A stretch of 63,818 bases of DNA, counting the filler, from Asterionella formosa (lineage: Eukaryota), in NCBI GenBank assembly GCA_002256025.1. It is 23 parts of 23 records of this genome, joined end to end, with 100 filler letters (N's around TTAATTAATTAA, not from the genome) between each part and the next. Parts side by side here need not be neighbours in the genome. Positions count along the whole stretch, not along the records: positions 11,950 to 38,244 come from NKIB01001765.1; 22 more parts are not named here. One strand, written 5' to 3'. The translations under genes and the position numbers were made by a program. Below are positions 12,472 through 24,755 of this stretch, piece by piece; position 1 is the first letter of the stretch, and every line of letters starts with the position of its first letter. The notes under the pieces are model-generated. The model saw nothing but the letters and a program-made list of their open reading frames with translations, did not search any database and had not been told where the DNA came from.

Positions 12472-13457
12472 CTAGTTGCGACTATCCAACACATAAAGCT
12501 TGGACCTGAGAGTAGGAACGTATGCCTGGACTCCGTTTCGAACCAAGTATGAACAAAAGGGATGACCTTGCATTGAAGTGCTGTCACATTGACCCCATTG
12601 AACATCAAAAGGTGCATTATCAAAGTTGGAATCATCACCACCATTCACATTGTTTCCCGCTGCCCAGCACCCATTCTCTTGTGAAAAGTCAGATCCTGAG
12701 ATTTTTTTTGGATATGTCCTATGCTCTGATCCATACTCCCATCCATCCGTGGACCACCACCAAAGTCCGTTTAATGTCGTCACGGCATTTTTCTTGTTGA
12801 GTGCTGCTGGTTCCTTCATTGTCCAAGTCACATTTTCACTATAAATGGCAGCATCATTGAATCGATCCTTCAATGTTTTCCAAGTTGTAAATTTCCAAGT
12901 CATTTCCAATAATACTCCACTGTTATCCTCAAACACTTGCTTCCAAGTTTTGCTTCGACGCTTATGATCACAGTCGGTACAAAAGTAAGGAGATTTCCGG
13001 TTCCACTTGACTCCATTCAGTTCCTGAGGACCATATGGAAGTGGAATTCCTCCCCTATCAGAAGCACAGCTGGTTGCATTAGTAATTGCGACAAGATGAG
13101 GTCGATTCTGTAAAACGACAAGGAGTTGAAAGGAGCATGATCAATGCGGCAGGTGAGTAGATTGCGGTTGTAAGCAAAGGAATAGGTGTTTGTTGCTGTA
13201 GGTGGCTAGCTAGTCAGTCGAACTACATATGTTATGATTGCTGGTCATCATACCTTTTTTCCTTTGCGAAGGCTTCTTCCGTTCTCGTTGGCTTGGTGAG
13301 CGACATCCATAGTAGCAGTTGTAGTAGCTGCTGCTGCTGCACTCCCCACCATGGCAAGTAGCTGCAAACCTACAAGAAAGATGACACACAACAAGGACAA
13401 GGTTCTAGTGGTGGTTCTAAGAATGCGAGGATGCATGATTGTTTCGGGAGTAGTCAT
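12472..13457 (-). CDS. Two-exon putative secreted protein of unknown function (exons 13457-13254 and 13107-12472)
   Basis: Hydrophobic segment LSLLCVIFLVGLQLLAMVG. A phase-0 intron GTATGA...TTACAG (13253-13108) joins RSLRKGKK in frame to NRPHLVAITNATSC...KTWKQVFEDN. The mature domain is Cys/Trp-rich. Confidence 0.75.
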
Positions 13458-14389
13458 CTCAACAGAAGAACGATAATTTGTGATTGATTTGGTNNNNNNN
13501 NNNNNNNNNNNNNNNNNNNNNNNNNNNNNNNNNNNNNNNNNNNNNNNNNNNNNNNNNNNNNNNNNNNNNNNNNNNNNNNNNNNNNNNNNNNNNNNNNNNN
13601 NNNNNNNNNNNNNNNNNNNNNNNNNNNNNNNNNNNNNNNNNNNNNNNNNNNNNNNNNNNNNNNNNNNNNNNNNNNNNNNNNNNNNNNNNNNNNNNNNNNN
13701 NNNNNNNNNNNNNNNNNNNNNNNNNNNNNNNNNNNNNNNNNNNNNNNNNNNNNNNNNNNNNNNNNNNNNNNNNNNNNNNNCAGAGTTCATTACTAACTGC
13801 CGGTATGTATGTTGTTGTATGTGTTAGGGAGCGCTCTATTAGCAGTAGTGCTGTGGATGCTGTGTTTCAGCACCATCACGAATGAATCCGCGACATGATG
13901 TCAAGAACTCAATTTATGCGAATTTGGGGGGGGGGGTGCATGAAACAAATATAATTAATACTTCGAGAAATATTTAATCGTACCTTTCTTACTCGTATAT
14001 ATAAGTAAATATTAGGACCGGTGCGTGGTATGATCTTATTAGGTCTATGAATTGCTTGTGCATGCGACGCACGACAGAGCAATTTGGGAATCCCCCAGGG
14101 GCAATTGTGCATTCTTGGGTGGGATCCTACCGGTAGGGTACTTTACCTTTGCCAGGGTGTCTGGGGCCTTCACGTCATAGGACGTTTTTAGGCGAGTAAA
14201 AAATGGACGTCAGCATGTTAGTAAACAACATTGTTGTTCCCCCTGGCGGAGAAAAACATGAGGAGCAAGGTCATACCTACAGGAGTGTTCAGGAGTGCCT
14301 GCCGCCAATGACAATACCCACAACAATCATTTTATTTCGCACAAGTCGCATTTACTGAAGGTCCCACCTCCTACTATTATCTATCGAGC

Positions 14390-15601
14390 ATGACCGCCGA
14401 CGACGCCCCCATCCACCTCGTCACAGTCTCAGCCCCGACCAACATTGCCTGCATCAAGTACTGGGGCAAAGCTGACGCAACTCACAACACTCCCATCAAC
14501 TCTTCCGTTTCCGTCACTCTCGACCAGAGCGATCTGAGGGCCGTCACGACAGTCGCTGCCTCGGCTCGCTTCACTCGCGACCGCCTGTGGCTCAATGGCG
14601 CAGAAGTCGAGGACATTGCCAAGAACAAGCGCTTCCGAGCGTGTGTCGATCAGACCAAGGCCATGTCGAACAGTGAAAGGACCAATTACTTTGTCCATGT
14701 GTCGAGCTACAACACCTTCCCAACGGCTGCGGGGTTGGCCTCGAGTGCGGCCGGATACGCCGCACTCGTGGCGGGATTAGCGCACTTGTATCAAAGCGAA
14801 GAAGCGTACCCGGGACAGCTGTCGGCCGTTGCGAGGCAAGGCAGTGGATCGGCATGTCGGTCCATGTATGGGGGCTTTGTCGCCTGGAGGATGGGACATG
14901 CCGATGGAACGGACAGTAAGGCAGAGCAAGTGGCGGACGAGAATCATTGGCCTGAGTTGAGGGCGTTGATTCTAGTAGTGAGTGATGCCAAGAAAGATAC
15001 CTCGTCCACGGATGGTATGGGCACATCGGTCGCAACGTCAGAGTTGTTGCACCACAGGGCGACGACTGTGGTGCCGGCTCGGATGGTGGCGATCGAACAG
15101 GCATACCTTGACAAAGATTTTGAAGCATTTGGAAAGTTAACTATGAAAGATTCAAATCAGTTTCACGCAACATGTTTGGATACGTATCCTCCTATCTTTT
15201 ACATGAATGATGTGTCTCGTCGCATCATTCGGCTGGTGCACCTTTACAACGACTGGGCCGGGGAACTTCGAGTAGCCTATACGTTTGATGCTGGCCCTAA
15301 TGCAGTCTTGTATACCACAGAACAGTATTCTGTGGAATTGGGCAAGCTCATGTTGGAGTATTTTCAAGAGTTCAATGGGGAGGAATACATTAACAATAAG
15401 GACTACAGAGTCATGGTCAACGAACATGAGCTAGACAATGGACTCCTATCCTTTGTAAGGGAACATACCAATTACGAGACTACGTGCGGCGAGGTCAAAA
15501 TGATGTACTACACTAAGGCTGGTCCTGGTCCACAGCTTTTGAGCGATGATGAAGCGAACCTAGATCCCCAATCGGGTGAGAACACTTTCGAACCACCATA
15601 A
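14390..15601 (+). CDS. MVD: Diphosphomevalonate decarboxylase
   Basis: APTNIACIKYWGK, NTFPTAAGLASSAAGYAAL, ARQGSGSACRS, DSNQFHATCLDTYPPIFY and AYTFDAGPNAV; 403 aa, no introns. Confidence 0.97.
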   Translation: MTADDAPIHLVTVSAPTNIACIKYWGKADATHNTPINSSVSVTLDQSDLRAVTTVAASARFTRDRLWLNGAEVEDIAKNKRFRACVDQTKAMSNSERTNYFVHVSSYNTFPTAAGLASSAAGYAALVAGLAHLYQSEEAYPGQLSAVARQGSGSACRSMYGGFVAWRMGHADGTDSKAEQVADENHWPELRALILVVSDAKKDTSSTDGMGTSVATSELLHHRATTVVPARMVAIEQAYLDKDFEAFGKLTMKDSNQFHATCLDTYPPIFYMNDVSRRIIRLVHLYNDWAGELRVAYTFDAGPNAVLYTTEQYSVELGKLMLEYFQEFNGEEYINNKDYRVMVNEHELDNGLLSFVREHTNYETTCGEVKMMYYTKAGPGPQLLSDDEANLDPQSGENTFEPP

Positions 15602-15687
15602 CTAAAACTTGCTCCGACTTCCATCAACATCACTGAGGATAACGACGTTCAACCGCATTTCAACAAGAAAAATTTGAAACAATTAAT

Positions 15688-18102
15688 CTAGTCTTCCGGC
15701 AATGTACCGGAGCTTCCTGTTCGTTCTACCATCTTTTTGTAGAGACCATCCGGAAGTTCCATAAGTTGCTCATGAGTGCCTTGCTCCAAAACTTGTCCAT
15801 TCTCCATGTACGCTATACTATCCGCATCTCGTACTGTACGCAGTCGATGGGCCACAACAACCGTAGTCATACCCTTGTTACTACTCAATAATTGATCAAG
15901 AGCAGCTTGGACGGCTTGTTCTGATGCCGAATCCAGTGCCGACGTCGCTTCGTCTAGAAGCAGCAGTGATGGATTCTTGCAAATGGCTCGAGCAATAGCA
16001 ATGCGTTGCTTCTGTCCACCACTCACAGCAACCCCTCGTTCTCCAACATTCGTGTCATATCCATCAGGAAAGGTGGCAATAAAGTCATGGGCATGGGCCA
16101 TTTTGGCGGCGGCTATTGCATTCGTGTTATTGGCCCACGGACAACCATACGTTAAGTTGGAACGGATGGAACCAGAAAAGAGAATAGGATCCTGAGTGAC
16201 AACTCCAAGGCGGTGGCGGCGATGCTGCTGAAGGTCAGTTTCTCGAAGGTCTACATTGTCAATCAAAATGGCACCAGAGCTTGGATCATAGAATCTTTGC
16301 AGTAGACCTATAACTGTTGACTTTCCTGAACCTGATGGGCCAACAAGGGCCAAGGTGGACCCAGCTGGAATTGTAAGGTTCAAGCCATTCAAAACGTTGT
16401 GAGATGGTCTGGTTGGATACGAGAACGTAACATTGGAAAGTTGGACACTGATTTGATTGACTTGCCCCTGCAGGCGGGCGCCTCCACCTCCAACCGGAAC
16501 TGAACTACGAGGGTTGCCAGTACCCGGTAGCGGAGGGATTCGATCCAACAGTTGAAAAACCTTTTCGCCGGCACCAGAACTCTTTATCAGAGACGAATAG
16601 GAATTGAACAGATTCATCGTTTCATTTTGTAATTGTCCTTGGTAAAGCATAAAGGCTAGCAAAATTTCAGGTGTGAGAGTGCCCCGTTCAACTAATGTGG
16701 TTCCAATGAGGAGTAGTACAGCCTGGACGCAAGTGTTAATTAAAAAGGTCGAAATCACCATGTAGTAGACTCCGGACATGAAGAGTTCGCGTATCTTGAG
16801 ATGATATTGCTCGTCTATCTTGTTACGATATTTCTTGTTTTCAACGTCTTCGGTCGCAAATGAGATAACGGTTCGAACGCAAGCGAATGCTTCTTGCGCG
16901 ACAGAGTTAGCTTGGGCCAACGCTGTCTGGACTTGAATAGCATTGTTCCTCAGAAAATCGCCGTAGACTTTGTTGATAATTGCAACCACCGGAACGATAC
17001 ATAACGCACATCCTCCCAACGTAGGACACCGGACTAGCATGTAAATGGTAATTCCAGTAATTCGTCCGATTGATTCTGTTGAAAATCTCATGCACCAAGT
17101 CAAATCTGCGGCCATTTCCCCACAATCCGAACTCAATCGAGAGGAAAGCTCTCCCGACGTGTGTGTATCAAAAAAACCTATTTCTTGTCGTAAAATGGAC
17201 GAAAATGTATCGACTCGTAGACCCCGGATGATGCGCTCCCTGGCATATCCAAACAAAAAGACACACCAGAAATCCAACGCCGAATCTATGGTTCCTAATA
17301 TAAAAAGGAGCAAAATTTCTTGTCTTGCGCGTTGATAATCCCCACGTGAGAGTGCTCCGAGTGTAGTGCTGACAAAGTGCGGAATACTCAAGGAGAAAGG
17401 AATTCGAATTAACAAGACCAAGCAACCAAGGTAGAGATAAAAGACTTGAGGAGCAGCTAATTTCAGGAGGCGTGTGGTTCCATAGGCCTGCTCATTTTCT
17501 ACTACTGGTTCATCGTCGTCCCTTGGGAGCAAGGCCTCCATCAAATTGTCATTATTGTCTACTACCAATGGCCGTGTGCTGGGACGACATGGTTCCACCT
17601 CCTCGGAATCAACATTCTGATCTCGATCTGATAGCAATGCTGCAGTCAGAGTAGCATTGCCGACCAATCGTTGTGGCGTTCTTGGCGCTGGCCAGAAAGA
17701 CGCCATGAGTCCAAGACTGGCCAGTACCATCACTAGGGACCCTCCACTTAGCATCCATACCATTTGGACCTGCGCGCAGGATGAATCCTGAGTGTACGTA
17801 TTGTTGCATAATCCCGTCAAGACGATCATGAGGCCCGCCAAGGCTTGCGTGCCCAACGAAACGCGACTGTGCTGCACCGACGACGTTGAAATCGAGGACA
17901 ACGACAAGGATAGTAGCAGTCCTCCTGCGAGCCGAGCCAGAGAAAAGTGCACTGCATTCCCTTCCTCACATCGAAACATGTAATGGACGCATATGGATGG
18001 AACGGCAAACAGAAGTCCGCCGGATGTTGCCATTAACAAGCTGATCAGGCCGGACAACAGAGCTGCATAAAAGTGATACTCCTTTCGTTCCGTGGGTTCC
18101 AT
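15688..18102 (-). CDS. ABC transporter family B half-transporter (TAP/ABCB9/ABCB10-like) with an extra N-terminal membrane domain
   Basis: TMD with FFD..TSGELSSRLSSD, Walker A GPSGSGKST, signature VSGGQKQRIAIARA, Walker B LLLLDEATSALD, and H-loop AHRL. Confidence 0.95.
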   Translation of the reverse strand: MEPTERKEYHFYAALLSGLISLLMATSGGLLFAVPSICVHYMFRCEEGNAVHFSLARLAGGLLLSLSLSSISTSSVQHSRVSLGTQALAGLMIVLTGLCNNTYTQDSSCAQVQMVWMLSGGSLVMVLASLGLMASFWPAPRTPQRLVGNATLTAALLSDRDQNVDSEEVEPCRPSTRPLVVDNNDNLMEALLPRDDDEPVVENEQAYGTTRLLKLAAPQVFYLYLGCLVLLIRIPFSLSIPHFVSTTLGALSRGDYQRARQEILLLFILGTIDSALDFWCVFLFGYARERIIRGLRVDTFSSILRQEIGFFDTHTSGELSSRLSSDCGEMAADLTWCMRFSTESIGRITGITIYMLVRCPTLGGCALCIVPVVAIINKVYGDFLRNNAIQVQTALAQANSVAQEAFACVRTVISFATEDVENKKYRNKIDEQYHLKIRELFMSGVYYMVISTFLINTCVQAVLLLIGTTLVERGTLTPEILLAFMLYQGQLQNETMNLFNSYSSLIKSSGAGEKVFQLLDRIPPLPGTGNPRSSVPVGGGGARLQGQVNQISVQLSNVTFSYPTRPSHNVLNGLNLTIPAGSTLALVGPSGSGKSTVIGLLQRFYDPSSGAILIDNVDLRETDLQQHRRHRLGVVTQDPILFSGSIRSNLTYGCPWANNTNAIAAAKMAHAHDFIATFPDGYDTNVGERGVAVSGGQKQRIAIARAICKNPSLLLLDEATSALDSASEQAVQAALDQLLSSNKGMTTVVVAHRLRTVRDADSIAYMENGQVLEQGTHEQLMELPDGLYKKMVERTGSSGTLPED

Positions 18103-18870
18103 CTTGCTTTCTTTGCTGCCTTTTGTTGCGAATTTATATTACGCGTGGTCACTTGGCTGTCACTATGGAGCAGGGAGTAAATGTGAATGCCGATTGGATG
18201 CAATGTGGAGTGATGGTTGTATTGACAATTGACATCATCATTCCTGGTCCTTCGTTCCACTGTTATGGAAATTCTTCTTGCTTTTTGTTTTCGGTACCTG
18301 GTACCAGATACGAGGACCAGGTATACAAATATCTTCTGAGAGGTTCTTGTTCCTATAGAGCTCTATGTAGCAGGGCCGGTAGGCACTTGAGTTGTACATA
18401 CCACATACCGATGACAGTACCAGGGTACCAGGTACCAGGTTCCAGGTACCGTCTACGCTATCATGTTTGTACGGGGTACTACATTCTTCATTTAACCCGG
18501 TAGTCTTACTGTTAGCACCCTGGTCCGCTTGCTGGCACCGGCATAAACAATGTCTTGACGAGAATACCGCTAGCAGTCATCCTCAAACATTGGTTAGAGA
18601 TAGTGTACACCAGGTCCGATTATTATTTGAGAATAGCTAACGGAAGAATGGGTTTCGGTTTTGCCTGCATGGGAAGTATTTAATTAGAGGTAGACTATTC
18701 CTACACCATCACAGGATTTTCATTCTCTGTAGCGGAACCTAAATGAACGAGTTTTGAGTCTGTCAACCTCGTACACAGTGATAATCAGAAAACTATCACT
18801 TTGCGAGTAAAAAAGCGTGTATTTCTATGTATGTATGTATTGATACAACCGGAAAGGCACGTGGAGCTGA

Positions 18871-19512
18871 TCAGCATGTTTGGTGTCTTTGCCTTCCGGA
18901 AAGTGTGTGATGTGGTTTCCAGTCCTTTCCACTTGATCCATGTTCACTCGTCTCGTTTTGAAGTAAGAGAGATGGAGTGCAATAAGAAGCTCGCGGAGTT
19001 TTCAGAAATGGTTGGTGAGTACCTGACTGGTGGTGGGAGACTGCTTCTGCATCGGCTACACCAAGCATGTGGGCAAAGATTGCTGCAGACTTGCATGCCT
19101 CACTGTAGATCTTGGCGAGTTCTTCTTTTAATAGTTCGGGGGAAGCATCATGTCTCATCAATAATGACTGCGTCTTGAGTAATAACTTCACACAATTGTC
19201 GCGTGACTGCCGTCGTTGGAGTTGATGTTCATTATTGACCCAGCACTCTAATCCACGGCGTGAATGACCGCAATGAGCCCATTTTATTAGAATTTTCTGG
19301 CTTAAGTCGTGATCATCAGAAAAAAATGTGTCGCGAATCATTTCACCAAGCATGAAAGTGGTCCTTGACTCTCTGGCAATCATGTTGGCTGTGGACACCA
19401 TGGTGGCACATTCTCGTTTACTATACCACTGATCAGCAAACTCTCGGTCGGAAATGTTGTCGAGCATTGGCAACAATTCAAATACCTCCTCCAAATATCC
19501 TTCAGCGGCAAT
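18871..19512 (-). CDS. Hypothetical protein of a type common in diatoms (WYS...RGLE motifs); 5' end lies in an N gap
   Basis: More than 207 open codons with QWYSKREC, SRRGLECW and LAKIYSEACKSAAIFAHMLGVADAEAV. Confidence 0.7.
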   Translation of the reverse strand: MAAEGYLEEVFELLPMLDNISDREFADQWYSKRECATMVSTANMIARESRTTFMLGEMIRDTFFSDDHDLSQKILIKWAHCGHSRRGLECWVNNEHQLQRRQSRDNCVKLLLKTQSLLMRHDASPELLKEELAKIYSEACKSAAIFAHMLGVADAEAVSHHQSGTHQPFLKTPRASYCTPSLLLQNETSEHGSSGKDWKPHHTLSGRQRHQTC

Positions 19513-20739
19513 NNNNNNNNNNNNNNNNNNNNNNNNNNNNNNNNNNNNNNNNNNNNNNNNNNNNNNNNNNNNNNNNNNNNNNNNNNNNNNNNNNNNNNNN
19601 NNNNNNNNNNNNNNNNNNNNNNNNNNNNNNNNNNNNNNNNNNNNNNNNNNNNNNNNNNNNNNNNNNNNNNNNNNNNNNNNNNNNNNNNNNNNNNNNNNNN
19701 NNNNNNNNNNNNNNNNNNNNNNNNNNNNNNNNNNNNNNNNNNNNNNNNNNNNNNNNNNNNNNNNNNNNNNNNNNNNNNNNNNNNNNNNNNNNNNNNNNNN
19801 NNNNNNNNNNNNNNNNNNNNNNNNNNNNNNNNNNNNNNNNNNNNNNNNNNNNNNNNNNNNNNNNNNNNNNNNNNNNNNNNNNNNNNNNNNNNNNNNNNNN
19901 NNNNNNNNNNNNNNNNNNNNNNNNNNNNNNNNNNNNNNNNNNNNNNNNNNNNNNNNNNNNNNNNNNNNNNNNNNNNNNNNNNNNNNNNNNNNNNNNNNNN
20001 NNNNNNNNNNNNNNNNNNNNNNNNNNNNNNNNNNNNNNNNNNNNNNNNNNNNNNNNNNNNNNNNNNNNNNNNNNNNNNNNNNNNNNNNNNNNNNNNNNNN
20101 NNNNNNNNNNNNNNNNNNNAAGTATATTTTGAGCTAGAGGAGCGTGTTGTATATACTGTACCCTACATACAGTAAGTTTACTGAATGGATACCGGTAATG
20201 CAGCTTCAATCGTTACCAGGTACTGGAACCAGTACTCCGAGTACCAGGACTTCGTTCACTGCATGCGCACCACCAGTATTGGTAACAGGTACAGCTCGTG
20301 GTCCAGGTACCTGGTACCAGGTACTAAGTACTTGCATCTTGTATCGACCTGCCTGGGATTTAGGTAGAAAACATGGGATAACGGCCGATGATTTGAGAAT
20401 TCCGATGTCAGTTTCAGAACCATTTCATGTACTACCACTCCGAATACTATTGTGTGACCTGCGTTGCCTCACACATTGGTGTCAATTGTTGCATAATATC
20501 CGAATTCTTGATTGATCAGAAGAGTGGCAAGATCCTGCAGGTTCGCATTTTTTGCATTAGTCTTATTATATAATCTGCTGTAGTAGTTAGTCTGTGTAGT
20601 ACCCTTCAGATACATATGACGTCAGCTGCCAGCAGGAGTATGCCATTGTATCCAGGAAGCATCACAGACACAACATTCATCATGAATTTATCATGGGTAA
20701 AAAAACAAATGTAATGATCCACATACAAATTCACCTTGT

Positions 20740-22570
20740 ACTATTAGCGAAAGTTCGTTAAAAAGAAGTCCAATACAAGGTGAAACAACTCTGGTGGGTA
20801 TCGCTCTGATTCAAGGTGTTTTTTTATTTGGCATGGAAAGATCATCCAATATAAGAAGGTATTTTCTGCATTGGGCTTTGTATATTTCCCAATACAAGGT
20901 CAAATTTTCAAATAATAGGTGACAATATTTTGAAATTCAAGGTTGTTTTGGCTGTACTATTACATCATGTCCCAATACAAGGTCATAGCTAAGTTCCAAT
21001 ACAATGAGACTTTTTTCCAATTCAAGGTTGAAACTTTATTGGCGGGTACTGTGTCATGTTGTCCCAATACAAGATCATAAGTTCCAATACAAGGCTTTTG
21101 ATTTGTTTCAATTCAAGGTCGAAAATGTATGGGACTATGGTGCTGGTAAAGTGTAAATACGAGATTACTATACTAGACCATTTTGATCAAATAAAACCCT
21201 TATTTTTGTTGCAGCGGATCATCCAAAAATAGATTTTTCAAAAATTCAAACTTCGGCAATGTGTCTGACTGGCCTATCATGTCGCCAAAAATATTTTACA
21301 CTTATTGTGTAGCATAGCTACTCACTCAAGCAACACTAGCTAAGCCAATGCTATTTTTTGAAAGCAAAAAAAGATCCCTCAAACTTTTTCCATATCATTT
21401 ACCATTATTTCCATCAGCCATTTTCTCACTTGGCTGTTCGACTCATCTCCAACTAACACAGGGAATGCGCACAATCATAGGATTTTTTTGATAAATTGTT
21501 GAAATCATTTTATGCCATGATAACATGTAGGCCCTTCCATTTTCTTGAACTTGAGAAAAAATCTCCTAGGCAGGCTTTATTTCCCAGCTGTCCTCGTCAT
21601 TCTGTCCATTTCATGAGAGCTTCCTAAAGAGCTTCAGCAACAACATCTCTGTCTCAGTGCTCAATTTGATGTAATTGAATAATCGGTGAATTGTTGAGTG
21701 ATTGGAAAGCAAGGAAACAGCCAGCTCCGGTAGTTTCATGCAAAATGATGTAAATAATCTGAATTGTGAAGCTTTTCTAGTTGTTATATATTGTTTGCAT
21801 GCTAGTATTTCTCAACCATACTCTTCCTCTTTAAACATCATTCTCATTGCTCCAGTTTCTGAGCTTTTTCTCCATCATGCTATACTACTTTCATTGCAGT
21901 GCTTCACTATCAATCTCTTTCTCATTTCTCCAATGTTCTCCGACTGGCTGGTGAATTGCAATGAAGGCGAGAAGCTGGGACTCAAGAACCAACAGTTCAT
22001 TCAATCATTTTTTATTTCTGTAGGACTCAATAATGTTTTCGGATAAAAAAAAACCAAATTAATTTAAACATTTGAAAGAGAATGTAGTGTTATATATACT
22101 AGTTTTCTATCAATCTGAAAAGGATTATCTTGATACTGCTGTCATGGGTTTTGCAAATGTGTTATTGGGGCTGATTTGAGGCCTACTTGCATGTTGGCTG
22201 AGTCCAAATAAAGGTTCACCTTACTCTTGCTTGTTTGGGCATGTCGTCCAACAAACGATATACCTTAAATCAGTTCTGATGATCTGATTGGTTTACCAAT
22301 ACAAGATGGATGCGAAAACGAAAACAGTTTGAAACAAATTCAAGCATTACCTTGTTTTGCAAATTAAAGCAACCCTTTTTCGGTGGAGTGATCTACCTTG
22401 TATTGGAGAGTCATTTTTGAAAATAACATTGTATAGGAAAAAGTGCATATTTCCTTGTATTGGCGAGACCTCGTATTTGACAAAGTTAGCCAATACAAGT
22501 TCAACCCTTGTTTAGATTAATTTCGTTTTCACCTTGCTTGTACTGAATTCCAATGCAAGGCATTTTGGGA
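20740..22570. mobile_element. Decayed element with inverted subterminal CCAATACAAGG arrays (copy 1)
   Basis: CCAATWCAAGG-type motifs cluster at 20770-21120, with a mixed cluster rich in the reverse complement CCTTGTATTGG at 22295-22560. The interior is homologous to 30860-31970. Confidence 0.65.
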
Positions 22571-23239
22571 GTGCATGTTTGACTAGCTAGTAGTGTACAT
22601 GATACTCAGAATGGATGTTGTTTGTCAAGTAATCACTCATACAGATGAGTCTGCATGGATAGTATCTCTTTGTGACTGGAAAGGGTGTTGGTGCAGATGT
22701 TGCCAATGATGATGTGTTCTTGCATCATCAACAAATTCAACCTATAATGACGGTGTCATATGTTTATGAGGCCTATGGACTCTAGCAGGAATGATACTTT
22801 GTCTGTCAACAGGCAGTTGCAGTGGCATGCAGGAGAAACTGGAACCTGTAGGAGTATATTCATTTGAATTTCATGTGAAAATTTGCTTTCTACAAAGACC
22901 CGAAGATCAAGCGAAAATAAGGAATGTTGCAAATACTATCATTCTGTGTGTACAGCAAGCTTAAGTCTGGAATGCTGCCAATATTCGCTAAGAGATGAAG
23001 AAGTTGAAAATGAAAAGACAGCAACTAACCCCTCATTTCGCATTGCTTGGCTGAATGGCATGATGAAACAATCTTAGTTTAGCTTAGAAAACACAAGACT
23101 AATTAGGATTGTCACAATGGTGAGCTTGATTCAAGCAACAATTACTCTACTGCTAACTGTGATATTTTGCTCCACTTTTCCACAGTGCTGTTGACCTCGA
23201 AGTATACTATGAACTAGTCTGAAAAAGTACTAAAGGCTT

Positions 23240-23660
23240 TTATTGCCAAGCCTCATCAAAAAACTCGGGAAAACTTGCAAAACAAGTTTTACCTTCAACA
23301 ACAAACCCGGAAAACTGAAAAGTTTGACTATGGGCAATTGTTGCATTTGCAATGATAAGAACGCCCGTAAGGAATCGAACCTGACGCACAAAGGTTTTTT
23401 TGAATGTGATTTATGGCTGTGGAAAACGGGCTTCGAGTTCGTGATGATGTCGATGCTTGTTGTCCGCATTCATTCGTCATTTGTGCATATGTGCATTAAT
23501 ATCCTCTTATTTTGCGTCATCGGATGTGCAAGCTATATAACCAAGTATGAAGGCGTCAGCCCGATCATATTGTTCTGGTTTTCCCATAGGGGCAATACGA
23601 TAATTGACATCTGCTGTTTTGATACATCTACATGATGGAGAAAAGTTAATGTTATCGAGT
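23240..23660 (-). pseudogene. Probable decayed ORF of unknown family
   Basis: One frame reads about 135 codons (NINFSPSCRCIKTADVNYRIAPMG...FPEFFDEAWQ), interrupted by three TAA/TGA stops consistent with C>T changes. No family recognised. Confidence 0.3.
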
Positions 23661-24755
23661 TCTGACAAATAAAATTTGGAAGCTCCATGGCAATACGCAC
23701 TATTCGGTCATTGAACCTGTACGTCAGAATTGACCGCCAACTCCAATAAGCCTGACAATCAGTGCCACAACAAAGCCATCATGTTTACCCACCGAGACAA
23801 GCGCGGTGATCACACACAAGGAGCATTGGTTTGGACTACCAAGCAATGTTCCACGTTTATGCTCATTTTTTGTTTGACATATTTGAGTTGAGCATTCTTG
23901 ATCAACACTCCACGACATGACCATCAGTCAAACCTCGTCTGAACATTGCCGGTATTCTCTAGAAACACCCGATGCTGATAAGTTCTACTCGCAAATTCTG
24001 GAGACTTGTCGCCCCTTCTACATGATATCGCCCTCACCGGAAGAGCCTCTTGTTTTGGCGCCTCGTTTGGATGATGCTCTGCACACACAACAGCAATATT
24101 CTGGCCAATCAAGTCCAGTAAGAAAGCACGCTTGAAATGTTGTTACAGTCGCATTTATTTCAATATCTAACCTTTCGTTTTTCTCGGCTTTCATTGCAGT
24201 TTAGAAGTCGTGAGCAGTTTTCCGTCGAATTAACACTTGACTGCAGATGATGCAACTAGTCGTTTTGGTCGAAAAGACTTTGGAACGAATATGTATCATG
24301 GAATTTGTGGCTAAAACTCCTTCACTGTCGTGCCGTTTGTACACTTCCAGTTGCCATTGACTTAATAATTCTTAATGTTGTCTAAAGAGTTTTATGCAAC
24401 ACAACGATTTGTTTGTATCCATACTCCTTGGCAGCATCACTTGTTTATACATCATGACTTGAGGTGGTTTCTTCCACAGCACAAACAAGGTGACACGCAT
24501 ACAACTAGGCAGTAGTTCTTGCAAAATAGAAAAATTATTGCTAGAAATATCATACGCCATTATTTCGATTTCGATCCCGTATTTTCGGTTTTAAGCCGCG
24601 CTGAAATATTTATTCTCTTGCTGATTCCAACATTTTCGTAACATCACAAATCGTCATACATAAAGACCCATGCAGTAACAACCGTACTTCTTTCAAGGCC
24701 TATAATCAACATAACCTGAGTATTGTACTCGTCAACCCAAGCAGTACTACTGCTA

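Noticed and set aside
13480..13885. ORFs spanning N gaps (also 19365-20209)
   Set aside because: They are open only because of runs of N.
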